A stretch of DNA of 64,000 nucleotides from Eledone cirrhosa. Taxonomy: Eukaryota. Both the position numbers and the translations under genes were made by a program. The stretch covers positions 112,654,001 to 112,718,000 of the forward strand of contig OZ024742.1 in the NCBI GenBank assembly GCA_964016885.1. The letters run 5' to 3'. Below, piece after piece: positions 1 to 12,908 of the stretch (position 1 is the first letter of the stretch; each line of letters opens with the position of its first letter). A model generated the notes under the pieces. That model saw only the letters and a program-made list of their open reading frames with translations, was not told the origin of the DNA and searched no databases.

Positions 1-500
1 AGCTGAATTCATAATCACATGTTCGCGGCTGCTATTTCTAGCGCCATGGATATGAGCCAGAATACTGAGAAGGTCGTGTGCAAAAGCACATGTATTAGGC
101 TTGCAACAGATCAGTCTTAAGATATTATCTTAGGAGAAGTGATTTTAATTTCTGGGTGCCTACCGAAGATCACAGAAAATGTATTGCTTTACTAATAATT
201 ATTTTATAAATAGTTGTTCCGTAATTAATTAATTATTTCATTAGTATAACATCCCTTGTGAAACAGGTTTATGTTTTGAAGTTCCGCCCGATCTGCAGAA
301 AAGGTTTGAATTTTGAAATTTAAACTTGTCTAGGCACCAGGCAGTTGCCATTTTACGTCTGTTAGTATAGATTTAATATTTAATATTCTCGAGATCGATA
401 CAGACGGACTATATGTACTTGAATTAAGGTATTTCTATCTGGCTAAAAAATTATTGTCATTTTGCAAAAAAAACACAGTAGTGTTGATCATATATTTTTT

Positions 501-572
<72 letters not shown>

Positions 573-574
573 AT

Positions 575-945
575 AAGCAAAAGGGATATTTAATTTGTTG
601 GTAATTCAACAAATATAAATTTTTATAACTGATTTGAAGGACTCGACAAGTTTCCTGGAGTATAATTTTCAATGATATTAAATAAATGGAAACTATATTT
701 ATGAAACCCTATTTATACTATTATATATATTTCAAGGGTGCCAACAATTTGGTACGCTCTCATCAGATAAAATACAAAGTTTGTTTTATAAATATTGACA
801 TATCCTGGAAAAACTCGAACCGTTTAGATCTTCTTCCTGGTTATGTCAATATTTATAAAACAAACTTTATATTTTATTTGATGAGAGCGTATCAAAGTTT
901 TGGTACCCTTGAAATATATATAATAGAATAAATATAGTTTTATCA
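575..945. mobile_element. Non-autonomous hammerhead-bearing mini-element (family F1), fold-back form
   Basis: Inverted arms ~696-810 and ~834-943, each with a hammerhead-like motif. Homologous to 8584-8925, 21937-22205 and 37400-38358. Flanked by (TA)n/(TG)n. Confidence 0.7.
714..774 (-). ncRNA. Minimal type I hammerhead ribozyme (F1)
   Basis: Minus strand: tattttat-CTGATGA-gagcgtacc...ggcaccctt-GAAA-tatataTA-atagtata. The plus-strand partner at 870-930 has TTGATGA (C3 mutated). Confidence 0.65.
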
Positions 946-2081
946 TTGCATATATATACATATGTATAGGTAAATGGTCTCCCCTCTGGATGGTCTGTAG
1001 AAGGCATCGTTTAACAACTTACACAAAATAAATTGCAAATATTTGTTAATTGCCTGGCATTGTGTCATTTAATTAACAGTCTTCAATAGACTGTTTTATT
1101 AGGTGCTGATATTTGCAACTAGAATGAATTTGTTTTTCAGAAACGGCTTATTGATTAATGTCGCATGAATTACGTCGTTATCGAGTCGCTGTTGTTATTC
1201 TTTAGCTCTAAATGATCTTATCTAATTAGATGCCGTTTTCAAAGACCATCCTATTTTCTTGGAGTTGTTTATATTATTTAGAAATGATTCAGACTGGTTA
1301 ATAGAGACTATCCTAGTTTTGTGTAATTAAGCACGTTACTGTGAAATATGTTTCCGTTTGGAAACCTTAGATAAGTACATGAAATATTATGTATCTTTGA
1401 AATCTTGGACATTAGGCTTCCCAAATAATGACGTATTAATATTCAATTATAGTGAGTACAAGAATTTCGAATGGATCTCGAAACCATCGATGTCTCCTTG
1501 ATGCATCAGAGAATAGTTTTAATGTTTATGTTTATAACAAAACAAAATCTGCTCCAAATTGATATGAATATATTTGTTATGTTATGTTTAACACATCATT
1601 TCGATAAGGAAAACTGGCTATTAATTACACACTGCAATTTTATAATTGTTTTCAGACTTATTGGAAAATTGTCGGCAGTGTTTTGATTAGATGTGGCAAG
1701 AAAATAGTAGTATAAACATTTTCCATCGTAATTACATTTCCAGTGGACATTTTCTGATCTACTTTACATACAATAAATCGCAAATATCACACGATAGGTT
1801 AATATCAGGAATGGAATGTTTAATATGCCATGTAGACTATATTTCAGTAATCTTCAGCCTTATTAAAGTCACATTACTCAAGAAAATTCATATTTATTTT
1901 ATGATATGTTAACTGACAGCGCTTATCCATCATTATGGTAGCCGGTGCATGCAGCTAAGTAGCCATCAAATCATGCTGTACTGCCTGTAAAAAAGATGAC
2001 AGGACCAACATAAATCGAGTTACAAAATAAAATCATGATTGTTATAGATGATTAAACTTTTCCATTTATGATTATTAATAT

Positions 2082-2100
2082 ACTACTACTACTACTACTG

Positions 2101-2163
<63 letters not shown>

Positions 2164-2184
2164 ATACTACTACTGCTGCTGCTG

Positions 2185-2217
<33 letters not shown>

Positions 2218-2232
2218 GTACTACTGCTACTG

Positions 2233-2279
<47 letters not shown>

Positions 2280-2412
2280 GCTGCTGTTGCTGCTGCGGCT
2301 TCTGTTGTTGGTGTTGCTGATGATGATGATGATGGCTGTGGTGATGATAATGATGGTTGTGGTAACGATGATGATGGCTTTGGCGATGATGATGATGATG
2401 GTGGTGGTGATG
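2082..2412. repeat. (CTA)n / (CTG)n / (ATG)n compound microsatellite
   Basis: Direct inspection. Explains the poly-Leu/Met ORF at 2068-2451. Confidence 0.95.
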
Positions 2413-4050
2413 CTACCGTGTCTAGTATTATTACGTTACTTAGGTATTTAATCCAAAACTTTTGGCATAAAAGTCAACATTTGGTCACTACATATTGTAA
2501 ATTTGAATTGCAATTAATAACTGATATTTCATTATTTCAGAAATAACTAAAGGTAATAGTCAATACTTCGTCTTAACCAAACATAAAGAATACCGAATAT
2601 TAAGCGAATTCATAATTTTTATTTGGAAATGAAAGAGATAAATATTATTTTTAATACGTGAAAGAGAAAAAAAATATTACATTCCCTGATTTATATTAAT
2701 GTACACATAATACCCAATTAACATTACTATAAATGATATTTAAAGCAATATAGAAATAGTTTACGAACAAAAGAAAAATATATTAACTAAGTCGTTATAG
2801 GTGTTAAATATTTCGATAGAATCTCAACAATCTAAATTCAACATATCCACCCAAACGATCATCATTCGTTACCATAAACGTGACTATCTGGATAACATAT
2901 CAACATCATGAATAGTTATCATCAGTATCTGTATCATGAAATATTGATCATTAACTACATAATTACCATCATTAGCAACATCATGATCATTGTAAGCATC
3001 AACATTCAGCGTCATTGCTGCTCGTGTTGTCTTCATCACCTTCCCCTTCATGGGAAACATCGACCTCATGATCAGTATATCATACCCATCGCATTTGTCA
3101 TCACCATAAGCACAATCATTAACTCTGTTAATCCATATATACACTCCTTCATAATGTTTATTACAGATATCATAGTTGTTATAGTGTGGTCATAGTCGTA
3201 ATCATCACTATACACCTACATAACATCTTCATAGCTAATTACATTCTCATTACCCTTAAAAACAAAAAGGATAAATAATGTCTATTGAAATAGCAGGATC
3301 ACCAACTCCATTAACATTGTGAAGTACTAGCAAACAAACACGAAGGTATTTTTAGCTTTAATTCTTGAGACCAACAATATTACGTTACAAAAGACAAAAT
3401 TGCTACCCAAGAAAATATTACACGTCTATGGTTAAATACCGTCTCGATTTCAAAGGTAACGAAGCTTCTATCCGTAAAATCTATTTCACAATATGTCAAA
3501 TAAATTGCACAGCACGACATGGTATCTGAAAACAAATGTAAAATACAAAGAAGGTAAGGCAACTTCATGCCCAATGAGTTTGTTCCCAATCTCAAGGAAA
3601 TTAGGCGTATAGGATTGCTGCATTCAGCAATCATTGCTATTCATTACATTGTTTAAACCAATAAAATTTGAGTTTACATTTCCTTCTAATTTTATTTCTT
3701 GACGATATACTGATCGGTAACAGCGTTACAAAGAAAATTACCTTAGACAAATAAATAAATTCTGAAATAGTTAGTTTGCTTTAGCAGAATTCTTCTTACT
3801 ATATGTACGCTAGTTGTGCTCGCTATTATCCTAGTGTATTCCTAATAGTTATAGCAAAATTAATCTGAATGAAGATGATTGCATTATTTTGTAGTTGTAA
3901 CAAAACGGGTTCGCCTGTGAGAAGAAGTAGCGGGTTATGAGACAAGTATAATGACATATTTGAGATAGGATGACGTTTTACCTGCTAACCACATAAGGGA
4001 AATTAATTGGGCACTTTATAATAGACTGGTATTCCCTTTAAAATTACCGC

Positions 4051-4082
<32 letters not shown>

Positions 4083-4206
4083 TGGAAAAGGTTCAGGACC
4101 CCGACGGCAAAGCTCATATCCTTTTCCTATTACCCACTCTACTACCCAAAGTATCGAGTACTCTGGTGCAATATGGTCCACCTGGTTCCTTACCACACTT
4201 CCTTCG

Positions 4207-4324
<118 letters not shown>

Positions 4325-4479
4325 GCGTGTGTGTGTGTGTCTGTGTGTGTGTGCATCTGTGTGTATTTGTATTGCTTCGTGTGTGTGTTTTTTATTGTTT
4401 GTGTCTCAACAGATATGTCTCTCCATGATGTCATTATACACTCACATACGTACACACACAAACAGAAACACACATACGT

Positions 4480-4702
4480 AGATCAACATTTTATACACAC
4501 ACATACTCTCTCATATATCTATATTTATATCTGTATTTTTAACCGCTAGTCAATCAATGATAAACATTGATTGCCAAATAAATTAACTATGGACATATAA
4601 AAGATACAGAAGCCAAAACCAACCCAAACCAAGCAGGGAGTGCGTTGTGTTATATTATTTCTGGCATATTATAACAATATGACACTCTCCAACTATAACA
4701 AT
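4480..4702 (+). mobile_element. Decayed PLE 3'-terminal (pLTR) fragment
   Basis: Similar to 32850-33065 and 6085-6422 (…ttctggca…aatatgac(a/c)ctccc…tataaca). Ends in (TA)n. Confidence 0.6.
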
Positions 4703-4721
4703 ATATATATATATATATATG

Positions 4722-4926
4722 ATGTGAGAAAAACCACAGACCCTCCATCGCAACTCTATTTTTCAAAAGCAGAAGAACTGCGAAACCGGTAAAGGAACCA
4801 AATAAATATATATATATTTTTAAAAATAAGACTCCAGTTGCATTTTCGATTTCATCTTTTCTTCTTTATATTTTCACTCGTGTAGGACACCTCGGTTATT
4901 TTTCATTTTGTAAAAAAAAACTCACT

Positions 4927-4932
<6 letters not shown>
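4722..4932 (+). mobile_element. ~210-bp inter-microsatellite repeat with degenerate hammerhead motif (4759-4794)
   Basis: Inverted copy at 13811-14031. Contains gcag-aagaa-ctgc-GAAA-ccggTA-aag, but the core reads TTCAAAA/TTGAAAA instead of CTGAAGA. Confidence 0.55.
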
Positions 4933-5003
<71 letters not shown>

Positions 5004-5004
5004 C

Positions 5005-5265
5005 TGTCTAAAATCTGTCTTAAGCCAGAAGGATCATTTGGCTGGTGCTTTCCCGGTTTCATGCCGTGGAGCAACCGAGAGTACAAGACTCCCCCGGAGA
5101 GGACGCAAGTCCATCGCAGGGATAAACCTCCAGCTACTGCTGGTAGTCATTCCCAAGTGAGTATACTGGTGTAACGTGAAATAAAAAGTTTTGCTCAGGA
5201 ACACAACAGGCAAACCAGGATTCGAACCCACGACATTATGATCGTAAGTCCAATACTCTCACCTC
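5005..5265 (-). mobile_element. tRNA-derived SINE
   Basis: B-box GGTTCGAATCC on the minus strand (~5218-5228). Body cctgcgatggact...cgtcct resembles the V-SINE central domain. Related to 49595-49925. Confidence 0.75.
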
Positions 5266-6044
5266 ATTTTCCCGAATATGTTTTGCGGATATAGAGGTTA
5301 TCTCCCTTGCTGAATTCCATGTGCGTGTTAAGCTTGGGTTGGGCCTTTTTATTCGTTCGGACAAAAGCTCGTTGAGAAAGTAATTCCTGTCCGCTGCTTT
5401 CTAGAAGTCTTATATATTTTTATGTGGGCTGATAGTGGGCGATTTAAAGATTTACAGAAACCCAAGAAGCTAGATTTACCATCTTTCTAGCGGGTCCGGG
5501 TAAGCTTTTTACATTCATATGATTTATTGATTTATTGATATTTTATCTGAGTGACCCGAATCTTCCAGATCGTAATTTTTTCGGTCGTATGGTTGATTTT
5601 AGACATAATATACGTGTGTTGGTATTTTAACGATAGTTATAGCTCTGATTTATCTGAATTATTGAGCCCTCTGCCACTCATATCGAATTTTGTTTTTCGT
5701 GAACTCGTGCGCCGATTTTTCGATACTCGATTATTCTACTATATTTAGCTCTAGACTTAGCTATTGACCAGTTAATTTTATTGTTCATTTTTTGTCGATT
5801 CTATTAAATGATGAATAGCTCCTGTTTATTTTAACATGTCTATTGAGCACTCTTATTCGATATGTGATTTTCCACATTTTCCCGAATATTTTTTGCGGAT
5901 ATAGAGGTTATCTCCCTTGCTGAATTCCATGTGCGTTTTAAGCTTGGGTTGTGCCTTTTTATTCGTTCGGACAAAAGCTCGTTGAGAAAGTAATTCCTGT
6001 CCGCTGCTTTCTAGAAGTCTTATATATTTTTATGTGGGCTGATA
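5266..6044. repeat. ~170-bp direct repeats (5266-5434 and 5875-6044) flanking a ~440-bp non-coding interior
   Basis: Near-identical copies with a 610-bp period. LTR/TRIM-like or pLTR-like arrangement. Confidence 0.8.
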
Positions 6045-6084
6045 TATTTATTCATTTATTTATTTTTAACACACACACCAGAGA

Positions 6085-6422
6085 CTATACACACACACAA
6101 ACGCATGCACGGAAACAGATACAAGAATAAATAAATAAGACATAGCATAAAAATGGCGTAGACATTGCAATACAATAGTAGGAAACATAATAGTACCGCT
6201 TACGATGTCGCAGACATGCGACGAAAGAACTTTGATAGACTATATATATATCTATATTTATATCTGTATTTTTAACCGCTGCTCGTCGATGATCATCTTT
6301 GATTGCCAAATGAATTAACTCTGGATATATAAAAGGTACAGAATGGAAAATGAACCCAAACCAAACAGTGAGTGTGTTCTATTATTATTTCTGGCAATAT
6401 TATCACAATATGACCACCCCCA
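6085..6422 (+). mobile_element. Decayed PLE 3'-terminal fragment
   Basis: Homologous to 32690-33060. Ends aatatgaccacccc then (TA)n. Confidence 0.6.
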
Positions 6423-6440
6423 TATATATATATATATATA

Positions 6441-6935
6441 TGAATAAAATTAGAGCAAGAAGACAGTACTGTCCGTCATCAGTGATCTTCCAGCAGTCAT
6501 CTGTATTTATTGGCATTAAAGACGACATACCTCAGGCTGGTGCGAGCAATAACTAAAACACTGATTTGGAAAAGTAGAATTGTGTGGAGAAAGCGAGACA
6601 TGTAAACAAACAGAGATGGTAATGCAACGGAAGCGAGGAAGATAAGAAACAAGTCCGTGATATCTGTTAACTTAAGTTCGAGCAAATCGTGGACGAGGAG
6701 AGAAAGACGCGTGAAGACCCTGTGAAATGTGAGCGAGAAAAGGATTTCACACTGGTCAAACGGGAGGAAGTGAGAGAGGGGGAGTAGCAGAGAGTGAGTG
6801 AGAGAAAGTGTGGGGAAGTGGCCAGCCGAGAGAGGGTGACAGGCAGAGGGGTGAATGAAGGTAAGAGATACAAGGAGAGAGAAATAGGATAGCAGTAAGT
6901 ACGAAATAGACTGGTCACGGCGGAGGGAAAAATAT
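6441..6935. mobile_element. Diverged copy of the ~524-bp repeat family (50386-52698, 57074-57631)
   Basis: Shared blocks tcatcagtgat, atacctcagg(c/t)tggtgcgagcaataactaaaaca and caaacgggaggaagtgaga, plus a purine-rich tail. Confidence 0.7.
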
Positions 6936-7030
6936 AAATGAAATATGGTAAATGGCATGCTGCGTTGTTGCAAATGGTTCCACAAGAGTTAAGTAACCAT
7001 TTTCGAGAACAATTCGTTTCACTTTGCCGA

Positions 7031-7072
7031 ACCGAGCTGAGGATCTGCAAGGTGAAAGAAATTGCCCTCGGT
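7031..7072 (+). ncRNA. Degenerate type I hammerhead motif
   Basis: accgag-CTGAGGA-tct gcaa ggt-GAAA-gaaattgcc-ctcggt. Perfect 6-bp stem I, but the cleavage triplet reads GCC (non-canonical). Confidence 0.55.
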
Positions 7073-7715
7073 AATGTTTAATTAACTGCTTTGGACCTAG
7101 CTTCTACCGAACTCGTCCCATGGAGTTGGTGCTCTGATACTCCGGATATAACCTTGCACAGTGAAAAGTAAATGCATAAATGTCTGTAATTATGCATTTA
7201 TATGGTATTAACATAGCACTTAATGACACGTGTGAAATTGAGTATTTCACTCTATGATTATTAGGATGTCTTAAATAAAATATAAATACACTATGAGAAA
7301 CACATGAATAAACAAATATTCTCTAATTCACAATCTCTCCCCCATATCACCTACATACATATATGCATTTCTCACCGATAGACACCCATGAGCACAGACA
7401 CCTCAATCAACTCTCTTAAAATATCGTGTTTCCATCAACGAAATAATACTTTCGCATATCACTACCACCTACTACATATCTGTTATACATCACTTCTAAT
7501 TCGGCATAACCCTTCTATCACTCTATTCTCTCTAAATGGGAAAGCCCTAACTGCCTGTTAGCCTGTTAGATGAAAGTGTATGGAGCAGCCGTGTGGTGTT
7601 TTCACTGTGCATGACTGTATTTTTGAATATAATCTTTCGATCGAATAGACTATTTCACATAGAAATGACATAGGTTATATTTTGCTATATCTATACTTAT
7701 TTGGAGTTCATCTAT

Positions 7716-7900
7716 CTATCTATATAATACTAAAAGTCTGTGATTGCTTGCTTGCTTGTCTATAATGTAATACAGCCAAACGGGCGCATAATACGAAAAT
7801 ACATTGAAAGGATGTTGCCCTGAAATGGGTGTGCAAATGGAATAAAACAAGTTTCGGGTAAATCGGACTACGAGTTCCCGAGATGTGGGTTTTTTTTAGC
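7716..7900 (+). mobile_element. Possible non-autonomous Helitron 5' end
   Basis: TCTATCTATATAATACTAAAAG followed by (GCTT)n and aaatcggac, resembling invertebrate Helitron 5' termini. No 3' hairpin-CTAG end was identified. Confidence 0.35.
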
Positions 7901-8035
7901 GTACCTTCATAAACAAAGAGAGATAAACATAGAGAAGAAGAGATGGAGGTTGTGACAGATTAGATTGAAAGAAAGACATATAGAGAGAGGGAGGGGAGAA
8001 TGAGAAAGAGAATTGAAGAGAGCTGGTGGTGTTTT

Positions 8036-8080
<45 letters not shown>

Positions 8081-8128
8081 GACGTAAAATAAGATAATTA
8101 TGAAAATTAACTTACTTACTAAAATTTC

Positions 8129-8209
8129 ACTCCAACTAATCAGTTTCTGTAAGGGAATACATATGGTTACGTAACGCACCCATAGATAATCCTTACGTCA
8201 TCAGGGAGT
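8129..8209 (-). ncRNA. Type I hammerhead ribozyme
   Basis: Minus strand: actcc-CTGATGA-c gtaagg...ccttac a-GAAA-ct gatt ag-TT-ggagt. Stems I, II and III all pair; triplet GUU; lies ~50 nt from a (TA)n tract. Confidence 0.75.
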
Positions 8210-8620
8210 CTATTCTCAGCTAAGCTCCCAGGCACCGGGAACTTATATAAAAATGATTCAGTGGATGGAAAAAAAGCGAGCTGGGACTAAATTCCAGGAC
8301 ATTGAAAACATTCCCTGCCTACTTGGTCAGTGGCAAATTCAAAAGAATCAACCACGTGACACTGAGGTTAATCAGTGAGGAGTGGAGTGCTAATAGGACA
8401 AGAGCCTAACTACTACCATGAACCATAGTAGTAATTTCATTACAGCAAGTTTTGCTCAACAAATAATTTGGAGGTAAATATAAAGAATTAGTATATCTAC
8501 CAACATATGTATACAGATGCATACCTATGCTAGCAAATATATATGTTTTGTCTTAGTAACTTTAGTTGAGTAAATAGACAATATATTAATAAAAGGAAAC
8601 TATATTTGTAAAACCATATT

Positions 8621-8686
8621 TATTTTATTATATATATTTCAAGGGCGACCAAGGTAAGTTATGGTGCGCTTTCATCAGATAAAATA
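8621..8686 (-). ncRNA. Minimal type I hammerhead ribozyme (F1)
   Basis: tattttat-CTGATGA-aagcgcacc...ggtcgccctt-GAAA-tatataTA-ataaaata. 8-bp stem I and palindromic stem III. Confidence 0.75.
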
Positions 8687-8820
8687 GAGATTTGTTTTAT
8701 AAATAAATATTGACATACCCGGAAAAAAGACAACCTCAAGCGTTGAAATTTGCAACAAATTTCAATCGTTGAGGTTGTCTTTTTTCCGTGTATGTCAATA
8801 TTTACTCATGAAAAAATGTG

Positions 8821-8886
8821 TATTTTATCTGATGAAAGCGCAGCATAATTTACCTTGGTCGCCCTTGAAATATATATAATAAAATA
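8821..8886 (+). ncRNA. Minimal type I hammerhead ribozyme (F1)
   Basis: CTGATGA at 8829-8835, GAAA at 8867-8870, stem I tattttat/ataaaata. Confidence 0.75.
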
Positions 8887-8932
8887 AATATGGTTTTATA
8901 AATATAGTTTCTATTTATTAATATCGTGTATA

Positions 8933-9026
<94 letters not shown>

Positions 9027-10852
9027 CATATATATATATATATTTTATTATATATATATATGTATACAAACACACACATTTATATATATATATATGTATA
9101 CAAACACACACATGTATATATATATACATGCATAGCCGTATATTTATATATGGGCCTTCCAGTTTCATTTCACATCATATACATCTATGTGTATATCTTT
9201 TTATAATTATGTATATTTGTATATCTTTTATAATTATTTAAAAATTATTGTTAACTGAACATGATTTAAGAAAAATTAGTTTGCAGAGAACGTGACCCAA
9301 AGGAATCAGTAAATTTGCCTTATCTATATATTAACTTGATGAGACTACATTGAGCTACTTGGGTTTAGCATTATTCATTAACACGTCCGTTGCTTTCTTC
9401 CCAATTGTGTTCTTAACAAGATCTAAACTTTATTCCATTTTCACTTAATTCGCTGAAATGCCACTAACTGTTATTTCCGGATTGTGCTCTCTAGGTACCT
9501 TGTTTGAGATTTTGAATCCCGACAGATAGATATCGCAAGGATGTCAAAATGTTACTCGAAGCCATTCATCATCCTATATCATTGAAAATGTTAGTGAATT
9601 ATATATTCATGCATATAGAATGTTCTATGTTTGGTTTTCAATCTGTCTTTTATATGTATCTTCTCCCTCACTCTTTACCACTCTCTAATTATATATATGT
9701 AAGCGATAAAACTACATCCGTTCACAAATGACAAAATATTTTATTAAGATGGCGATGTTCTAAAGAACTGCTGGAATGTCCGAATCGATCACCTGCGCTG
9801 GTATGTGTGAGTGATTGCACGTACTGTTTATTTCATTTTTCTTTGTGTGTATGTGCACATATGTATGTTGCGGTGGCATACATTGTCTTCATGATGGTAT
9901 GTTTGTGCGTCTTTGTTTCAGTGTAAAGTGCTTTAGGCTGTAGTGTGTGATATAGTGAAGTATCAATGTCGTCTGGCACTGTTGCATTGCAACATTTGAA
10001 TCTACATTCCTGATCCAATTTAATTCATAGGGCAATTTGTGAGCAACTAGATCGAAATCATCGGATATTGATCCTAACACTTACATGTAAAAATACTCAA
10101 ACACTCGCACGTGAACTAACCAGGCTGAATGTGTGTATATGTACGTGTGAGTAACGTATGTCTGAGTGAGCAGCTGGGTGTGTTCGCGCGTGTGTGTATG
10201 AGTATATTTACATGTATGGGTGCCTCTTCGTCACCCATAGTCTTTCTCTGTCAGGCTGATTCCACAGACAATATACATCGCATTTGCACAAGTCCGTTTT
10301 CGATAGTGAAGTACTAATGTATATATTAGTTGAGAGTAAATATAGTGTTAATATTGACTATGACATATATGCTAGAGACAAACGCTTGCTCTAAGATAAA
10401 CTTTCTTGCAGACCATAACATTTAGATCCTGTCTAATGTCAGCTAACACTCTTTAGAAAACCATTTCTCATAAGAGAAACACTGTCGCGTTTTTGTCAGT
10501 GACAAATGTTTATAATAAATTACACTCATTAATCGAATGATATATAGATTTATAAATATCTATGGCTGTATCATTTGTGATCTTAATGTGTAACAACGAT
10601 GACTGCCCACTTTGGTTTACAAATAACATTAGTAACATTTTCAGTAGCTGAGTTATAAATGTGTTCTGCAAAATTATAAGAGTACGCCGTTTAAAGAAAT
10701 TTTAGTTGCACACAAAATAATTGCGTTTGTGAAAATGAATGTGAGCATCTTCAAGATATAACAAATATATATGCAGCACAAAAGGAAAAAGGAAACACCA
10801 TACACAAATGGTATGATAAATAAACACGCATACACAAACTCATTCTCACGCT

Positions 10853-10919
<67 letters not shown>

Positions 10920-10923
<4 letters not shown>

Positions 10924-11200
10924 GCGGACTGGTAAGGTTTCCATGGTTCCCAATGGCATGTGGGCACCAGGGGGCCCACGTGGGCATTGCAGGGGGCATG
11001 CAGTAGCATAGCAGGGCCCACTGTAGTGGTTTAAAGGCCAATGCATTGCTCCGGAAAAACAATTGGAGTATAAGAGGAAGAAGAAAACAAAATATAATCA
11101 AGCAAAGTATTTGGTCAACCAATTCCCCAGGGAATAACCACAATATATAAGAGTGCAAATAACTGGAATCAATGGTTATACATTCTACTATATCTAAAGC
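10920..11200 (+). mobile_element. hAT-like DNA transposon/MITE end (second copy at 27647-27930)
   Basis: Starts (C)AGTGGCGGA and has repeated GGGCCC subterminal motifs. Two homologous copies in the window. Confidence 0.45.
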
Positions 11201-11236
11201 TTAGTGTATTCATTCATGCGTGCAGACACACATCAA

Positions 11237-11299
<63 letters not shown>

Positions 11300-11644
11300 T
11301 ATATCATTCCAATCATTGTAAGTTTGAATCTGACTGACATGCAAAAACATATATATATATATATAAATGGAAAAAATGGAACGAAATTTAATTTCTCACT
11401 CTTAGTACGGCTATTACTTTAATATAAGTATGTATACGTACATACATATATCTATACATACGTACAGTAGTATGTAGATATATACATACATGCACACACA
11501 TATATATATATATATATATATGTACGTATGGATGTACCGAACATTTATTTTAATGCTCGGTTTGTTTGTAAACGAACATTCGGAATTAAGCCGTACAGTG
11601 TTTAGCAACCATTGTTGCCCTTTTGTTCAACACTGACAAAAGAA

Positions 11645-11685
11645 CAATGTACTAGTTTCCAGCTTATTAGCTATCGTCAGCACCA
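11645..11685 (-). ncRNA. Minimal type I hammerhead ribozyme (F2)
   Basis: tggtg-CTGACGA-t agct aata agct g-GAAA-ctagTA-cattg. Palindromic ACTAGT stem III. Confidence 0.8.
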
Positions 11686-11860
11686 TATACCTTCCTGCCA
11701 GATGATTGAACGTCTGCAAGTATATACTTTCCTTATACCATATTAACGGCAGAGTAGCCTAATTTGCATATCGAGTGAGTTAATCGGTCGAGCGCAGCGA
11801 AAAAACTGTACGGCTTAATTCGGTATATTTGTTTACATATATATATATATATATATGTGC

Positions 11861-11895
<35 letters not shown>

Positions 11896-12123
11896 CTACT
11901 GTACGTCTGTATACATATATGTATGTACGTGTACATAAATATATTTAAGTAGCAGACGTACGAAGAGTGAGAAATGAAATTTCGTTTAATTTTTTCCATT
12001 CATCGTATTCCGGTGCGCCCGGTCGATTAACTCACTCGATATGGAAATTAGCCTACTCAGCCGTTAATATGCATAAGGAAAGTATAGACTTTCAGACGTT
12101 CAATCATCTGGCAGGAAGGTATA

Positions 12124-12164
12124 GGTTGCTGACGATAGCTAATAAGCTGGAAACTAGTACATCG
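12124..12164 (+). ncRNA. Minimal type I hammerhead ribozyme (F2)
   Basis: CTGACGA at 12129-12135, GAAA at 12150-12153, predicted cleavage after GUA at 12159. The next unit (12607-12647) has TTGACGA. Confidence 0.75.
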
Positions 12165-12283
12165 TTCCTTTGTCAGTGTTGAACAAAAGGGCAACGATGG
12201 TTGCTAAACACTGTACGGCTTAATTCGTGATGTTTGTTTAAAAACAAACCGAGCATTATAATAAATGTTCGATAAATCCATAC

Positions 12284-12358
<75 letters not shown>

Positions 12359-12860
12359 AATGTATGTATATATATACATAATACTGTACGTTTGTATACA
12401 TATATGTATGTACGTATACATAATTATATTTAAGTAACAGCTGTACTAAGAGTGAGAAATGAAATTTCGTTTCATTTTTCCATTTATCATTTTCGGTGCG
12501 CCCGGCCGATTAACTCACTCGATATGCAAATTAGGCTACTCAGGCGTTAATATGCATATGGAAAGCATATACTTTCAGATGTTCAATCATCTGGCAGGAT
12601 GGTATACGGTGTTGACGATAGCTAATAAGCTTGAAACTAATACATCGTTCTTTTGTCAGTGTTGAACAAAAGGCAACGATGGTGGCTAAACACTGTACGG
12701 CTTAATTCGTGATGTTTGTTTACAAACAAACCGAGCAATATAATAAATGCTCGGTAAATCCATACGTATATATATATATGTGTGTGCATGTATGTATATA
12801 TATATATATATATACATACTACTGTACGTCTGTATACATATATGTATGCACATATACATA

Positions 12861-12905
<45 letters not shown>

Positions 12906-12908
<3 letters not shown>

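Larger units (their letters stand above)
8584..8925. mobile_element. Palindromic double-hammerhead mini-element (F1)
   Basis: Near-perfect ~340-bp palindrome centred near 8755, next to (TA)n. Confidence 0.8.
11422..12905. mobile_element. Retrozyme-like tandem repeat (family F2, ~435-485-bp unit): one inverted copy plus about two direct tandem units
   Basis: Minus copy 11422-11804; plus-strand units with a ~483-bp period. Each unit carries one hammerhead; the array is bounded by (TA)n. Confidence 0.8.

Noticed and set aside
1830-1865. CTGAAGA-ttact-GAAA on the minus strand
   Set aside because: No stem II and no stem I pairing; likely chance.
2068-2451. Poly-Leu/Met 127-aa ORF
   Set aside because: Trinucleotide microsatellite.
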